64,000 bases of DNA, taken from Deltaproteobacteria bacterium (lineage in GTDB: Bacteria; Desulfobacterota; Dissulfuribacteria; Dissulfuribacterales; QOAL01). The stretch spans positions 13,856-77,855 of the forward strand of contig WGDC01000083.1 of NCBI GenBank assembly GCA_015493475.1, given 5' to 3'. This document shows positions 1 through 9,664 of the stretch, piece by piece. A program made the translations under genes and the position numbers. Position 1 is the stretch's first letter. Each line of letters begins with the position of its first letter. The notes under the pieces were generated by a model. The model ran no database searches and was not told the origin of the DNA. It worked only from the letters and a program-made list of their open reading frames with translations.

Positions 1-1
1 T

Positions 2-781
2 GAGGCAGACCTCAAGATTACAGAGGGAAAGGTTGCCTTTAAGGCCGCTACAGACGGTCTTTTCAAGGTTAATAAGGATACCCTTTATGAGATCAATCTC
101 CTTGGAGACATAATGATTTCAACCATGCACTGCAACAGCGTCGTAAGTAAGGGAGATAGTGTTGCAGCAGGGAGGGCTATTCCACTAGTCATCAAGCGGG
201 ATGTGCTGAGACGCGCCGAGGAGCTCCTCGAGGGGTCAGGAGGGCTTCTCAGGATAGAGCCGTGGAGGGTCTCCCGCGGAGCTATAGTTGTTACCGGCAG
301 GGAGGTGTATGAGGGCCGTATCAAGGACGCCTTCGGCCCTGCCATGATTAAAAAACTGGATTCCCTTGGTGTGGAGGTTATTTTCTTTGAAAAGGTGCCG
401 GACGATGCCGCTCTTATCGGTATCACAATTAAAAAGGCAGTTGAGTACGGCGCGCAGCTTGTCCTTTGCACCGGTGGGATGTCGGTTGATCCCGATGATG
501 TTACAAGAAAGGGCATTGCCCTTTCCGGGGCAACCGGCATAACGTATGGCAGCCCGGTATTGCCTGGCGCCATGTTTCTAGTAAGCTATATGGGAGACGT
601 ACCCGTGCTTGGTATCCCGGCGTGCGGAATGTATTTCAGGACCACCGTGCTGGATCTGGTCCTTCCGCGCGTTCTTGCCGGGGAGAAGATAGGCAGGAAA
701 GAAATAGCTGAGATGGGGCACGGGGGATTTTGTCTCTCGTGTAAGAAGTGTCACTACCCGGTCTGTCCATTTGGCAAATAA
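2..781 (+). CDS. Molybdopterin-binding (MoaB/MogA/CinA-type) domain protein, 5'-partial
   Basis: The frame is open from base 2 with no stop before track ORF 113..781, so the gene enters from upstream. 'LVLCTGGMSVDPDDVT' and 'PGAMFLV' resemble the MoCF-biosynthesis fold. Cys-rich tail CLSCKKCHYPVCP. Confidence 0.5.
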   Translation, partial: EADLKITEGKVAFKAATDGLFKVNKDTLYEINLLGDIMISTMHCNSVVSKGDSVAAGRAIPLVIKRDVLRRAEELLEGSGGLLRIEPWRVSRGAIVVTGREVYEGRIKDAFGPAMIKKLDSLGVEVIFFEKVPDDAALIGITIKKAVEYGAQLVLCTGGMSVDPDDVTRKGIALSGATGITYGSPVLPGAMFLVSYMGDVPVLGIPACGMYFRTTVLDLVLPRVLAGEKIGRKEIAEMGHGGFCLSCKKCHYPVCPFGK

Positions 782-801
782 ACGGCAAAAGGGAGCAGGA
801 T

Positions 802-1101
802 ATGTTCATACTAAGCAATTTCATAAAGTCACTCGCCACCATCATTCATATACTCCTCAATCTTTACATGTGGGTGTTTATCATACGCGCCCTTATTTCG
901 TGGGTCAGTCCCGACCCCTACAATCCTATAGTTCGTTTTCTTTATAACGTGACCGATCCAGTTATGAACAGGGTAAGGAGGTATCTGCCGCTTTATTTTG
1001 GCGGCATCGACCTCACGCCCATGGTGATAATTATAGCCCTGATCTTTCTTGACAGTTTTCTTGTGCCAAGCCTTTACGAGCTTGCCATGAGACTTTCCTG
1101 A
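802..1101 (+). CDS. yggT: YggT family membrane protein
   Basis: ATG at 802 is preceded by GGGAGCAGGA. 'IIRALISWVSPDPYNPIVRFLYNVTDPVMNRVRR' is the YggT signature. It lies next to divIVA, as at the end of dcw clusters. Confidence 0.8.
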   Translation: MFILSNFIKSLATIIHILLNLYMWVFIIRALISWVSPDPYNPIVRFLYNVTDPVMNRVRRYLPLYFGGIDLTPMVIIIALIFLDSFLVPSLYELAMRLS

Positions 1102-1114
1102 TGGAGGCCGTACT

Positions 1115-1825
1115 ATGTCCATTACGCCCAACGAGATATTGGAAAAGGAATTCCAGACGGGATTCAGGGGATATGATAAGGAAGATGTCCGAGCCTTTCT
1201 CGAAGAGGTGGCGAACTACCTCGCCTCAGTCATCAGGGAAAGGAACGAGCTGAAGGACAGGGTCATGTCCTTTAAGAAACAGATCGCCATTTTGAAGCAG
1301 CAGGAAACGGAGTTCAGACGGGCGCTTACAGCAGCCCACGAGACGGCGGAGAAGATGAAATCAGGGGCAAAGAAGGAGGCTGCGCTCATTGTGGAAAGGG
1401 CCAAACTTGATGCGGACAGGATAGTCCAGGATGCTCATCAGGAGGCGGTTGAGCTCGAAGATCGGATAAGGAGGCTTCGCATGAAGCAGCGAGAGACCGT
1501 GTTCAAGATACGTACTTCCTTCGAGGGTTTCCTTCGCCTTATGGACGAGGAAATGGCCCTTCCTCCCGAGGAGATGGACGAGACGCTCAAGATAACGGCA
1601 AGGGAGGTCATGGCTATACAGGAAGAGGAGAGGCCTGATAGAGGGAAGGAAGATTCGGATACTGCAACTGCGTCTGCCCGGGAGGTCATCGAGGCAGAGG
1701 AGGTGACAGGTCAGGCAAAGGACGAGATAAAGGAAATAGAAATGGAGCTGTCCGACCTTGAAAAGAAGGAGCAACTGAAGGAGCGTTTCGGATTCGAGCC
1801 TTCAAAGCTTTGGCCTGATGAGTAA
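1115..1825 (+). CDS. divIVA: DivIVA domain cell-division protein
   Basis: The N-terminus 'MSITPNEILEKEFQTGFRGYDKEDVRAFLEEV' is the canonical DivIVA lipid-binding domain, followed by coiled-coil sequence. GGAGG lies 8 nt upstream. Confidence 0.85.
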   Translation: MSITPNEILEKEFQTGFRGYDKEDVRAFLEEVANYLASVIRERNELKDRVMSFKKQIAILKQQETEFRRALTAAHETAEKMKSGAKKEAALIVERAKLDADRIVQDAHQEAVELEDRIRRLRMKQRETVFKIRTSFEGFLRLMDEEMALPPEEMDETLKITAREVMAIQEEERPDRGKEDSDTATASAREVIEAEEVTGQAKDEIKEIEMELSDLEKKEQLKERFGFEPSKLWPDE

Positions 1826-1856
1826 GCGGAAGGCCCGGCTTTCTCTCCCGCATTTC

Positions 1857-2840
1857 TCAGGAAGTGGCGTTGAACAAAGATGCTGCAAGGTTTTTCAGCT
1901 CATTAATGCCCCCGACTTTAAAAAGTCTGTCTCTGAATGCAGCGCTGTTGCGCATGCCCCTTGAGTACCATGCCAGGTGTTTTCGTGCCGATTTTACGGC
2001 AACTTGTTTGTCATAGAAATTTTCTATGGTATCGAGATGAAAGAGGATAACCTCCAGTTTTTTTGCAGGGCCATGAGGAGCAATTTCTCGTGTTCCGGCA
2101 AGTGATGCTGAAATGTTCCCTACTGTCCATGGCCTGCCCATGGCACCCCGACCCACCATGATTCCGTCTGATTTGGAGGCCTTGAGACACCTCTTTGCGT
2201 CAGCGGCTGAACAGACATCTCCGTTTGCAATAACAGGAATGGATACCGCCTCTTTTACCCTGCTAATTTCTTTCCAGTCAGCCCTGCCTGAAAACATCTG
2301 GTTCCTCGTCCTTGCGTGAACGGTTATCATGGAAGCTCCCGCTTCTTCCATCCGTCTTGCAAAGGCGGGGGCGTTTAGGTCACTTCTGCTCCATCCGAGC
2401 CGTATCTTGCATGTCACAGGCACGCAAACCCTTGATGCAACTTCGCGAACGATTTTTTCTGCTGTCTCAGGCTGAAGCATCAGGGCCGCGCCTGCCCCGG
2501 TTTTTATTACCTTTTTCTCTGGGCATCCCATGTTTATATCGATGAGGGTTGCGCCCATCTCCTGACACACAACCGCGGCATCCGCCATGATTTCAGGCTG
2601 CGAACCGAATATCTGTACGGCTATAGGCTGTTCTTCCGGGAGCCTCGATATCATGAAAAGGGTCTTGAGGTTCCCAAAAACCAGGCCATTCGCTGAGACT
2701 ATCTCGGTGAAGGTGAGCTCCGCGCCGCACATCCTCGCGGTTTCCCTGAAGGGAAAATCCGTTATTCCGGCAAGTGGCGCAAGAATGACGTTTTTTTTGA
2801 CAAATACGCTTCCGCCTATCTCTATGGGGGAGGTTTTCAT
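1857..2840 (-). CDS. dus: tRNA-dihydrouridine synthase (DusB/NifR3 family)
   Basis: 'ILAPLAGITDFPFR', 'IDINMGCP' and 'VTVHARTR' are Dus family motifs; 327 aa. Confidence 0.85.
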   Translation of the reverse strand: MKTSPIEIGGSVFVKKNVILAPLAGITDFPFRETARMCGAELTFTEIVSANGLVFGNLKTLFMISRLPEEQPIAVQIFGSQPEIMADAAVVCQEMGATLIDINMGCPEKKVIKTGAGAALMLQPETAEKIVREVASRVCVPVTCKIRLGWSRSDLNAPAFARRMEEAGASMITVHARTRNQMFSGRADWKEISRVKEAVSIPVIANGDVCSAADAKRCLKASKSDGIMVGRGAMGRPWTVGNISASLAGTREIAPHGPAKKLEVILFHLDTIENFYDKQVAVKSARKHLAWYSRGMRNSAAFRDRLFKVGGINELKNLAASLFNATS

Positions 2841-2994
2841 CTCGTAAAAGCGGCGACAGCTCGGTCTGCGGCCTGGTACACTATGGGGTTTTTTGACCGT
2901 CTATAGCCGGGCCCTTTTCTACTTTTTCCTTTTTCATTGGATATGCTACCGGCAACATCCAGCCGGATGCTGCTGCGAAAGTGAAAAGGGCTGC

Positions 2995-3858
2995 CTAAGC
3001 TCGAAATTTTTCTATGTATCCTATTATTTTATAAATGAGGCGCGCGCAAGTAAACTCCGGAAAGTGAAGCCCTGGAACCGGCGCAAGCTCCACAATGTCA
3101 AATCCTATGATGTTGAACCGAGCTGCAGCCTGTTTAAGGATGTGAGTAAGCTCGAACCAGTCAAGGCCTCCCGGTTCCGGGGTTCCGGTGGCGGGCATTA
3201 TGGAAGGGTCTAAGCAGTCCACGTCTATGGTGACATAAATGTTTTTGCCGCTTATCCTGTTCATAATATCCTCGGTGGCCGAGCGGATATCATTTCTGAT
3301 TTCCGCCGCAGTTACAGGAATGCTGTTTGATGCCTTGATAAGGTTCCACTCCTCCTCTGAGCAGGAACGTACTCCCGCCTGGACTATGCTGCAAAGCTCG
3401 CTCGCCCGCCTTGCAACACATGCGTGGCTCAGGCGACTTCCCTGGTATTCCCGCCGCATGTCTGTATGCGCATCAAGATGCAGGACCGTAAGGTCATGGA
3501 AGATACCTGCCGCTGCCTCGATCACCCCGATGCTCGTGGAATGATCCCCTCCAATAAAAACAGGTATCACATTCCGTTTCAGGATGCCTTCGGCGGTCTT
3601 GCGGGCCAGTTTTTTGGCCTTCTCTGGTTCAATGGGCACGTCGGGGAATGGAAGTGTGTGTATGCCGGCCCTGCAGGGAAGCATTTGAAGCTCTTCGTCA
3701 AAGAGTTCAAGCTGACTGGACGCCTCTATTATCCTGCATGGGCCAAGCCTTGCCCCTGTGCCGTAGCTTGCCGTGGCGTCATAAGGAAAGGGGCTGATAA
3801 CGAAACGGGCATCGTATAGTTCCGCGCCATTGGCGGAGCCGAGGAAGTTCATGCCCAT
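2995..3858 (-). CDS. speB: Agmatinase / ureohydrolase family
   Basis: Mn-binding motifs of the arginase family are present: 'GGDHSTS', 'HLDAHTDM' and 'VTIDVDCLDPS'. It is adjacent to speD. Confidence 0.8.
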   Translation of the reverse strand: MGMNFLGSANGAELYDARFVISPFPYDATASYGTGARLGPCRIIEASSQLELFDEELQMLPCRAGIHTLPFPDVPIEPEKAKKLARKTAEGILKRNVIPVFIGGDHSTSIGVIEAAAGIFHDLTVLHLDAHTDMRREYQGSRLSHACVARRASELCSIVQAGVRSCSEEEWNLIKASNSIPVTAAEIRNDIRSATEDIMNRISGKNIYVTIDVDCLDPSIMPATGTPEPGGLDWFELTHILKQAAARFNIIGFDIVELAPVPGLHFPEFTCARLIYKIIGYIEKFRA

Positions 3859-3865
3859 AGCGGTT

Positions 3866-4303
3866 CTACACTGTCATGTGGCTTCGTTCGGCTTTCATGA
3901 ACTGCTGCACATTTCTTATGACATTGGGGAATTCCTGCCCCCTGGTCAGTAATTTTATTTCCATCTTTTCAATGGAAAAAATATTTTTTATCCGTTTTAT
4001 GGCTATTTCGGCCTCAAAGTGCTTGCAGGAAAATATGTCAAGACTCAGGTAGAGCTTGTCAGGAAAGGTGTGGATGCTTATGTGGCTTTCTGCAATTAGT
4101 ACAAAACCGGATATGCCCCAATCTTCAGGTACCTTACCGGAATATTTAAAGACGTAGGGGGGCATAATTTTTGTCATGTTTATCTCATCAGGGTATCTAC
4201 TCAGGAAGTCGTAGATGCCGTTAAGGTCCATGAGTTTTTCACGATCGCATCCATAGCCGTCGAGCATAAGGTGCTGACCAAATCCGTATTCTATCTCAGC
4301 CAT
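3866..4303 (-). CDS. speD: S-adenosylmethionine decarboxylase proenzyme (small pyruvoyl type)
   Basis: 'AESHISIHTFPD' contains the Glu-Ser self-cleavage site. The ATG at 4303 sits 7 nt after GGAGGG, so the longer track ORF start (4348) is unlikely. Confidence 0.8.
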   Translation of the reverse strand: MAEIEYGFGQHLMLDGYGCDREKLMDLNGIYDFLSRYPDEINMTKIMPPYVFKYSGKVPEDWGISGFVLIAESHISIHTFPDKLYLSLDIFSCKHFEAEIAIKRIKNIFSIEKMEIKLLTRGQEFPNVIRNVQQFMKAERSHMTV

Positions 4304-4526
4304 TTTCATGCCCTCCTTTTTGATAACCTGGTGCGAAAGCCAGGGCATTTTGGGTAAAAACAGATTGTTACCTGATTGACAGGAATATAGAAAATCGGGT
4401 TTGTCTTTTCCGTATTATCAGGTAAAATCCCAAACGGCCTACACTTATCCACGCAAAGATGCAGGCAAGTCAGCAAATATACATTAGCCCAAAAAAAACC
4501 GCCACCATTTTTTAAAGAAACTTGTT

Positions 4527-5942
4527 GTGAAAAGAGACAAAATTATAATAGCAAACAGGGGCGAGATCGCCATAAGGATAATGGGGGCCTGCAGGCAGCT
4601 TGGCCTCGACTATGTGGTGGTGTATACCGAGGAAGACAGGGATTCCGGGCACGTTAAGACCGCCGCCGCAGAGAAGGGAAATGACGCCGTCTTCAGGATA
4701 GCGAACTATAAAGACCCGAACGAGATCTTTGCAGTTGCAGACTACTGCGGCGCCACAGCTGTGCACCCAGGTTACGGCTTCTTCTCGGAGGATTTTCGTT
4801 TTGCCCGTAGGGCAGCTATCAGGAATCGTCCCATCGCCTTCATAGGGCCGAGATGGGAGGTCATAAGGGATCTCGGCAGCAAGATAAACACCAAGCGGAT
4901 TGCCAAGTCCCTCAATATCCCTGTGATCCCCGGTTCGGACGAGCCAATATACAGCGAGATAGAGGCGGAGGCCTTGGCGGAGGAGCTGTTTCAAAAACAG
5001 AGGGACGATGGCATACGGAGGCCATCCATTCTGGTAAAGGCCTCGGCTGGCGGCGGAGGCATGGGAATAGAGGAGGTAACCCGCTTAGACGTGTTCCGTC
5101 AGGTTTACAGACGGATACAGAACTACGCCAAGAGGCAGTTCGGAGATGAAGGGGTGCTTATCGAGCAGTGTATGAAGGGTTACCATCACCTTGAGGTGCA
5201 GCTTCTTTGCAGCAGACACAAAGAGGTGGTGCATTTTGGCACAAGAAATTGTACCATCCAGAGTACGGGGCGCCAGAAGCGTATAGAGGTGGCGCCGGGT
5301 TTTGACCCTGAATACGTGGCTTATCCCTTTGACGCCTACCGTGTACTCGAGCAGATAGTCAACTATTCCATTCGTCTTGCAAGGGAGGTGGAGTATGACA
5401 ACGTGGGCACCTGGGAATGGATTGTCACCAGGGATGGCAGGCCGTACCTACTTGAGGTCAATACGCGTATCCAGGTAGAAAACGAGGTGTCTGCGTGTAT
5501 ATCTAGGATTTCCAAGCATAAGAGACCTGTAAACCTCATACGGGAGCAGATAAGAACGGCCCTTGGGGAAAAACTGCGGTATTCTCAGAAGCATATTTTT
5601 TTTGATGGCACAAGCATAGAACTCAGGATAGTTGCGGAGGATGTAAAGAGGGGCTTTGCTCCCTGGTGCGGAACCATCACGAGATTCGAGTTTCCCGAGG
5701 AACCATGGCTGCGTGTCTACACCCATGTTCCCCGGGACGTGGCTTATGAAATTCCAACGGAGTACGACCCCAATCTTGCCCTTGCCATTGTATGGGGGCA
5801 GGATAGCGAGGAGGCCAAGGCGCGTGCCAGGCAGTTTCTATCCCGTACGATCATAGAAGGCGTGGACAGCCTTGGCCAACCAATCGTCACCAATCTCGGT
5901 TATCTTTATGAAAGGGTAAACGACATTCTGAGGTTCGTATAG
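4527..5942 (+). CDS. accC: Biotin carboxylase (ATP-grasp)
   Basis: GTG start. 'KIIIANRGEIAIRI' N-terminus, ATP-grasp core and 'EVNTRIQVE'. Confidence 0.85.
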   Translation: MKRDKIIIANRGEIAIRIMGACRQLGLDYVVVYTEEDRDSGHVKTAAAEKGNDAVFRIANYKDPNEIFAVADYCGATAVHPGYGFFSEDFRFARRAAIRNRPIAFIGPRWEVIRDLGSKINTKRIAKSLNIPVIPGSDEPIYSEIEAEALAEELFQKQRDDGIRRPSILVKASAGGGGMGIEEVTRLDVFRQVYRRIQNYAKRQFGDEGVLIEQCMKGYHHLEVQLLCSRHKEVVHFGTRNCTIQSTGRQKRIEVAPGFDPEYVAYPFDAYRVLEQIVNYSIRLAREVEYDNVGTWEWIVTRDGRPYLLEVNTRIQVENEVSACISRISKHKRPVNLIREQIRTALGEKLRYSQKHIFFDGTSIELRIVAEDVKRGFAPWCGTITRFEFPEEPWLRVYTHVPRDVAYEIPTEYDPNLALAIVWGQDSEEAKARARQFLSRTIIEGVDSLGQPIVTNLGYLYERVNDILRFV

Positions 5943-5974
5943 GCGAAGAAGATTATAGCTTCTATAAAAGATAG

Positions 5975-8245
5975 ATGGATCAAAAAAGGCTTTTAGACAG
6001 CGGAAAGTATATCAGCGAGCTTACCGATCGAATAAATTATATAGCCGATATAAAGGGTGGTATCGAGTGGGGAAGCCTGCGGGACCTTCTTGATCGGGTC
6101 CAGGCGGTTAGAAAGAAGATGTTCGATCTCCAGGAAGACGAACTTTTCGTGGAGCTTGACCAGGTGGACAGAAGGCTGGAGTTTCTGGAAGATCAGGTCG
6201 CCCAGGACCTTTCTCCCATAGAGACGGTAAATATCGTGAGAAGCCCTCAACGATTTACCCTTCAAGATATCCTGGAAAATTGCTATGACTCCTATACGGA
6301 GCTTGGCGGTGAGGGCGAGTGCAATATTGATCCTGCTGTCGTGGTAGCCAGGGCCACGATAACCCGCAGGGTGAAGAATAAGCTTTATTACCACCAGGTG
6401 ATGGTAATCGGCCACGAGAAGGGCTTTGGTGAGGAATTCAGGAACGGGGGATGTGCAAAGCCGTGGGGGAATGAAAAGGCCCTTCGTTATATGAAGGTAG
6501 CGGAAATCGAGGGAATTCCCATTCACAGTTACATATTCACGCCAGGTGCCTATCCTGTAGAAGACTATCCAGGCGCTGCCCAACAGATAGCAAGAAACCT
6601 GTTTCGCATGTCGAGGATTACGGTCCCTATAGTGGCCTTTGTATCCGAGGGCGGCTCAGGCGGAGCGGAGGCTATGGGTCTTGCCGACCTGCGCTTGATG
6701 GCTTCAAGGGGCTATTATTCTGTTATTTCGCCAGAGGGGGCGGCGGCCATAGAGGGCAGGATAAAGGAGGGGGGGAAGGTTCCGAGGGAGCTTGTGGAGC
6801 ACTGCGCCGATCAGTTGAAGATGACCGCCGAGGACAACCTCAGGCTCAAGACCATAGACCGGATAATAGAGGAACCACCACTCGGCGCAAGGCGCGGGGA
6901 TTTCAAGTTCTTCAGGCGCTTGCGCTACGAGATGGTCAAGGCGACGGACGAGGTGGTCCTTGAGACAAAGAGTTTCCGGATGTTCAGATCATACGCCCTG
7001 AAGAGGCAGAGCCAGGAGAGGTCCAATGGTTTCCATGACGAGTTTGACATACATATTAAGTGGTCTCTTACGGATTCCGAGAAAAAACGGCTCATAGAGC
7101 TTCGATCCAGAAAATACAGGGCCATGGGCAAGGGTTACAAGGAGCTCAGGCAGTCCATCGGCAGCCGGTTGTCCGAGGCGGTGGAAACTGTGAGGCAGAA
7201 TTACTACGACATACGTTACGGCCTTCTGAGGCAGCATTCCAGGCAGGTCCAGAAGCTCATTGAAGAGGTCTCGAGCGAGGGTTCCGTATTCCTGAAGACT
7301 GTTACTGAACCCGTGAGGGCGACCTATGACTTCGTTCTGCCCAAGCCCAAGGTGACAAACGGAATAAACCAGCAGGATATCTTCAGAAGGTCCATATTCA
7401 TGCAGGACTGGGAGCAGTATATCAGCCCCCTTGCCAACGAGGACAAGACGGTCAGTTGTCCCAATTCGGAAAAGTATGGTTGCAGGGACCTTTGGGTGCC
7501 TGATCTTTACGGAGAGTTTTGCGGGGTTTGCCCAACTTGCGGCCACCACTTCCCCTTGGAATACCAGTGGTATCTTGAGAACCTGTTTGATCCAGGTTCA
7601 GTCCGGGAGTTCAACAACCACATAATCTCTGCAAATCCTCTTAAGTTCCAGGGTTTTGACGAGAAACTTAAAAAGGCCATAAAACGTACTGGAAGACGTT
7701 CTGCCATTATCACCTTTGATGCATCGGTTTTTGACATAAAGATAGTGGTGGCCATGCTCTACAGCGACTTCAGGAGTGGAACCGTGGGATCGGCGGAAGG
7801 TGAGAAGTTCATTAGGGCCTGCGACAGGGCAAGGGTGACAAGACGCCCTTTTCTGGCATACATTCACACCACCGGTGGAATAAGGATACATGAGGGAACC
7901 CTCGGGGTAATCCAGATGCCGAGGTGCACTTTGGTGGTTAGGGAATACATTGACAGCGGCGGTCTCTATATAGTGGTTTACGACAACAACTCATATGCCG
8001 GGCCTGTGGCAAGCTTTCTCGGCTGTTCTTCCTACCAGGTGGGCATAAGGTCTTCCAGGATAGGTTTTGCCGGGCCAAGGGTCATTAGGGAAACCACTGG
8101 AGCGGACGTGCCTCCCGATTATCACAGCGCTAAAAACGCCTTGAAGCGTGGCCATATACAGGGTATCTGGGACAGGAGGGAGTTCAGGAAAAATCTGTTC
8201 GAGGCCCTCATGACCATGGGCGGCCCCCATTTGTATTACAAGTAG
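5975..8245 (+). CDS. Fused carboxyltransferase: AccA-like N-half, ~170-aa linker, AccD-like C-half
   Basis: aa ~130-330 carry 'VMVIGHEKG...FTPGAYP...SEGGSGGAEAMG...SVISPEGAAAI', which is AccA-like. aa ~506-756 carry a Zn ribbon 'CPNSEKYGC...CGVCPTCGHH' followed by 'GGIRIHEGTLGVIQM...IGFAGPRVI', which is AccD-like. Confidence 0.8.
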   Translation: MDQKRLLDSGKYISELTDRINYIADIKGGIEWGSLRDLLDRVQAVRKKMFDLQEDELFVELDQVDRRLEFLEDQVAQDLSPIETVNIVRSPQRFTLQDILENCYDSYTELGGEGECNIDPAVVVARATITRRVKNKLYYHQVMVIGHEKGFGEEFRNGGCAKPWGNEKALRYMKVAEIEGIPIHSYIFTPGAYPVEDYPGAAQQIARNLFRMSRITVPIVAFVSEGGSGGAEAMGLADLRLMASRGYYSVISPEGAAAIEGRIKEGGKVPRELVEHCADQLKMTAEDNLRLKTIDRIIEEPPLGARRGDFKFFRRLRYEMVKATDEVVLETKSFRMFRSYALKRQSQERSNGFHDEFDIHIKWSLTDSEKKRLIELRSRKYRAMGKGYKELRQSIGSRLSEAVETVRQNYYDIRYGLLRQHSRQVQKLIEEVSSEGSVFLKTVTEPVRATYDFVLPKPKVTNGINQQDIFRRSIFMQDWEQYISPLANEDKTVSCPNSEKYGCRDLWVPDLYGEFCGVCPTCGHHFPLEYQWYLENLFDPGSVREFNNHIISANPLKFQGFDEKLKKAIKRTGRRSAIITFDASVFDIKIVVAMLYSDFRSGTVGSAEGEKFIRACDRARVTRRPFLAYIHTTGGIRIHEGTLGVIQMPRCTLVVREYIDSGGLYIVVYDNNSYAGPVASFLGCSSYQVGIRSSRIGFAGPRVIRETTGADVPPDYHSAKNALKRGHIQGIWDRREFRKNLFEALMTMGGPHLYYK

Positions 8246-8251
8246 GCTGTT

Positions 8252-8896
8252 ATGGAAATAAATCTCAAGGACCTTCTCAAAAAATACAAGTCCCATCCCT
8301 ATGAGGATCACGAGATCAAGACCGCTCACACGGGCATTGTTCATCTTAATGTGGAAGACGGGCAGGAGGTGAGCGGTCCCACAGGCCGGTGGAAGCACAG
8401 GCCTGGTACCCTTCTTTACGTGCTTGAAAGGGAGGGTAATCCGAAAAGGATTACGTCTATGTACACAGGTTTTGTTACGGGTCTCAGGAAGGAGCTCGAC
8501 TCCAATTTTGTTCAGGCCGGGGTGCCAGTTATGGTTATCCGCCACAGCCTTAACAAGGATGAAATCATTGACAGGATACTGCGAGAGGTACTTTACGTAT
8601 TCCCTGCCCCCCAAAGGGCCAGGTACTTTTTTACCCCCGAGGTGGCTGCGGCCATGGAAAAAGAGGGGGCAAACATTCTGAACATCAAGGATGGAGATGA
8701 GATCGTTATCATGTCTCTGATGAAAAGGGATACACTCCTTTCTTATCTCGGTCCTCCTGGCGTTCTATACAAGGTGTATTTCAGGCATGGAGACCTGATT
8801 GAGCAGGGTGCTCCCTTGCTTGGTATCTGTTCACCGGAAAGGCTGCCCTTTGTGGAAAGGATGATTCAGAGAATTAGGACTGAATGGGATGATTGA
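8252..8896 (+). CDS. Biotinyl/lipoyl-like carrier protein with non-canonical motif
   Basis: The C-terminal half 'IKDGDEIVIMSLMKRDTLLSY...GVLYKVYFRHGDLIEQGAPLLGI' fits the BCCP beta-hairpin pattern, but has SLMK instead of (E)AMKM. The N-terminal half looks like a second, Lys-less copy. It is the third gene of the acc-like operon. Confidence 0.5.
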   Translation: MEINLKDLLKKYKSHPYEDHEIKTAHTGIVHLNVEDGQEVSGPTGRWKHRPGTLLYVLEREGNPKRITSMYTGFVTGLRKELDSNFVQAGVPVMVIRHSLNKDEIIDRILREVLYVFPAPQRARYFFTPEVAAAMEKEGANILNIKDGDEIVIMSLMKRDTLLSYLGPPGVLYKVYFRHGDLIEQGAPLLGICSPERLPFVERMIQRIRTEWDD

Positions 8897-8914
8897 GATG
8901 CCGGAGGAAACGTC

Positions 8915-9664
8915 ATAAGAAGCTTTGTACTCGCCCTCCAGTTTCTTACTATAATAACCGTAGTTCCCAGGCTCGAGGTTACACGCGATGACCTATGCGC
9001 TTCCCTTGCCTATTTTCCTCTCGTCGGGCTGATCCTTGGCGGAATAATTGCCTTTCTTTACTCGGCATTGTCATCGCTGCTACCTCCCGAGCCTTTGTCA
9101 GCCGTCTTGGTTGTAAGCCTTGCCTTCCTAACCAGGGCGCTTCATCTCGATGGTCTCTGCGACACGGCCGACGCCATTGGCAGCAGGGCCGAAAGGTCCA
9201 GGGCACTCGAGATCATGAAGGACAGTGCCGCAGGGTCCCTCGGAGTAGTCGCCGTGGTGAGTGCCATGTTGCTAAAAGCTGGCTCGGCAGTGAGCCTGTG
9301 TAGGTGTTCAGGGTGGCAGTTTTTCATCCTTATCCCTTGCTTGTCGAGGTGGTCTCTGGATTGTCTTGCCTCCATGAGCAGGTACGCCAGGGAAGAGGGA
9401 GGGCTTGGCTCTCCCTTTTGCGGCCGTCAGGGCCGTGCCTCCGTTCTGACGGCCGCACTTTGCAGTATAGCGGCATCCTGGTTCCTTGTTGGGGTCAAGG
9501 GCCTTTACCTATTTGCTGCTAGCACAGTACTCGCGGCGGTTTCGGCTGCCTACTTCAGGTCCAGGTTCGGCGGGGTTACCGGTGACTGCCTTGGTGCGCA
9601 CCTCGAATCGGTTGAAACCCTCCTTTTCATCTCGGGGGCTATTCTTTGTCCATGGACAGGGTAG
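8915..9664 (+). CDS. cobS: Adenosylcobinamide-GDP ribazoletransferase (cobalamin synthase); start unresolved
   Basis: 'HLDGLCDTADA' and 'GGVTGDCLGA' are CobS motifs. The conserved N-terminus 'IRSFVLALQFLTIITVVPRL...YFPLVGLILGG' is in frame upstream of the track TTG start (9068), but no ATG/GTG/TTG precedes it in frame. Confidence 0.75.
   Translation: MRSFVLALQFLTIITVVPRLEVTRDDLCASLAYFPLVGLILGGIIAFLYSALSSLLPPEPLSAVLVVSLAFLTRALHLDGLCDTADAIGSRAERSRALEIMKDSAAGSLGVVAVVSAMLLKAGSAVSLCRCSGWQFFILIPCLSRWSLDCLASMSRYAREEGGLGSPFCGRQGRASVLTAALCSIAASWFLVGVKGLYLFAASTVLAAVSAAYFRSRFGGVTGDCLGAHLESVETLLFISGAILCPWTG

Noticed and set aside
2893-3213. A 106-aa plus-strand ORF between dus and speB.
   Set aside because: It mostly overlaps the 3' end of speB on the opposite strand. 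It has odd composition (Cys/Phe/Tyr-rich) and no RBS.
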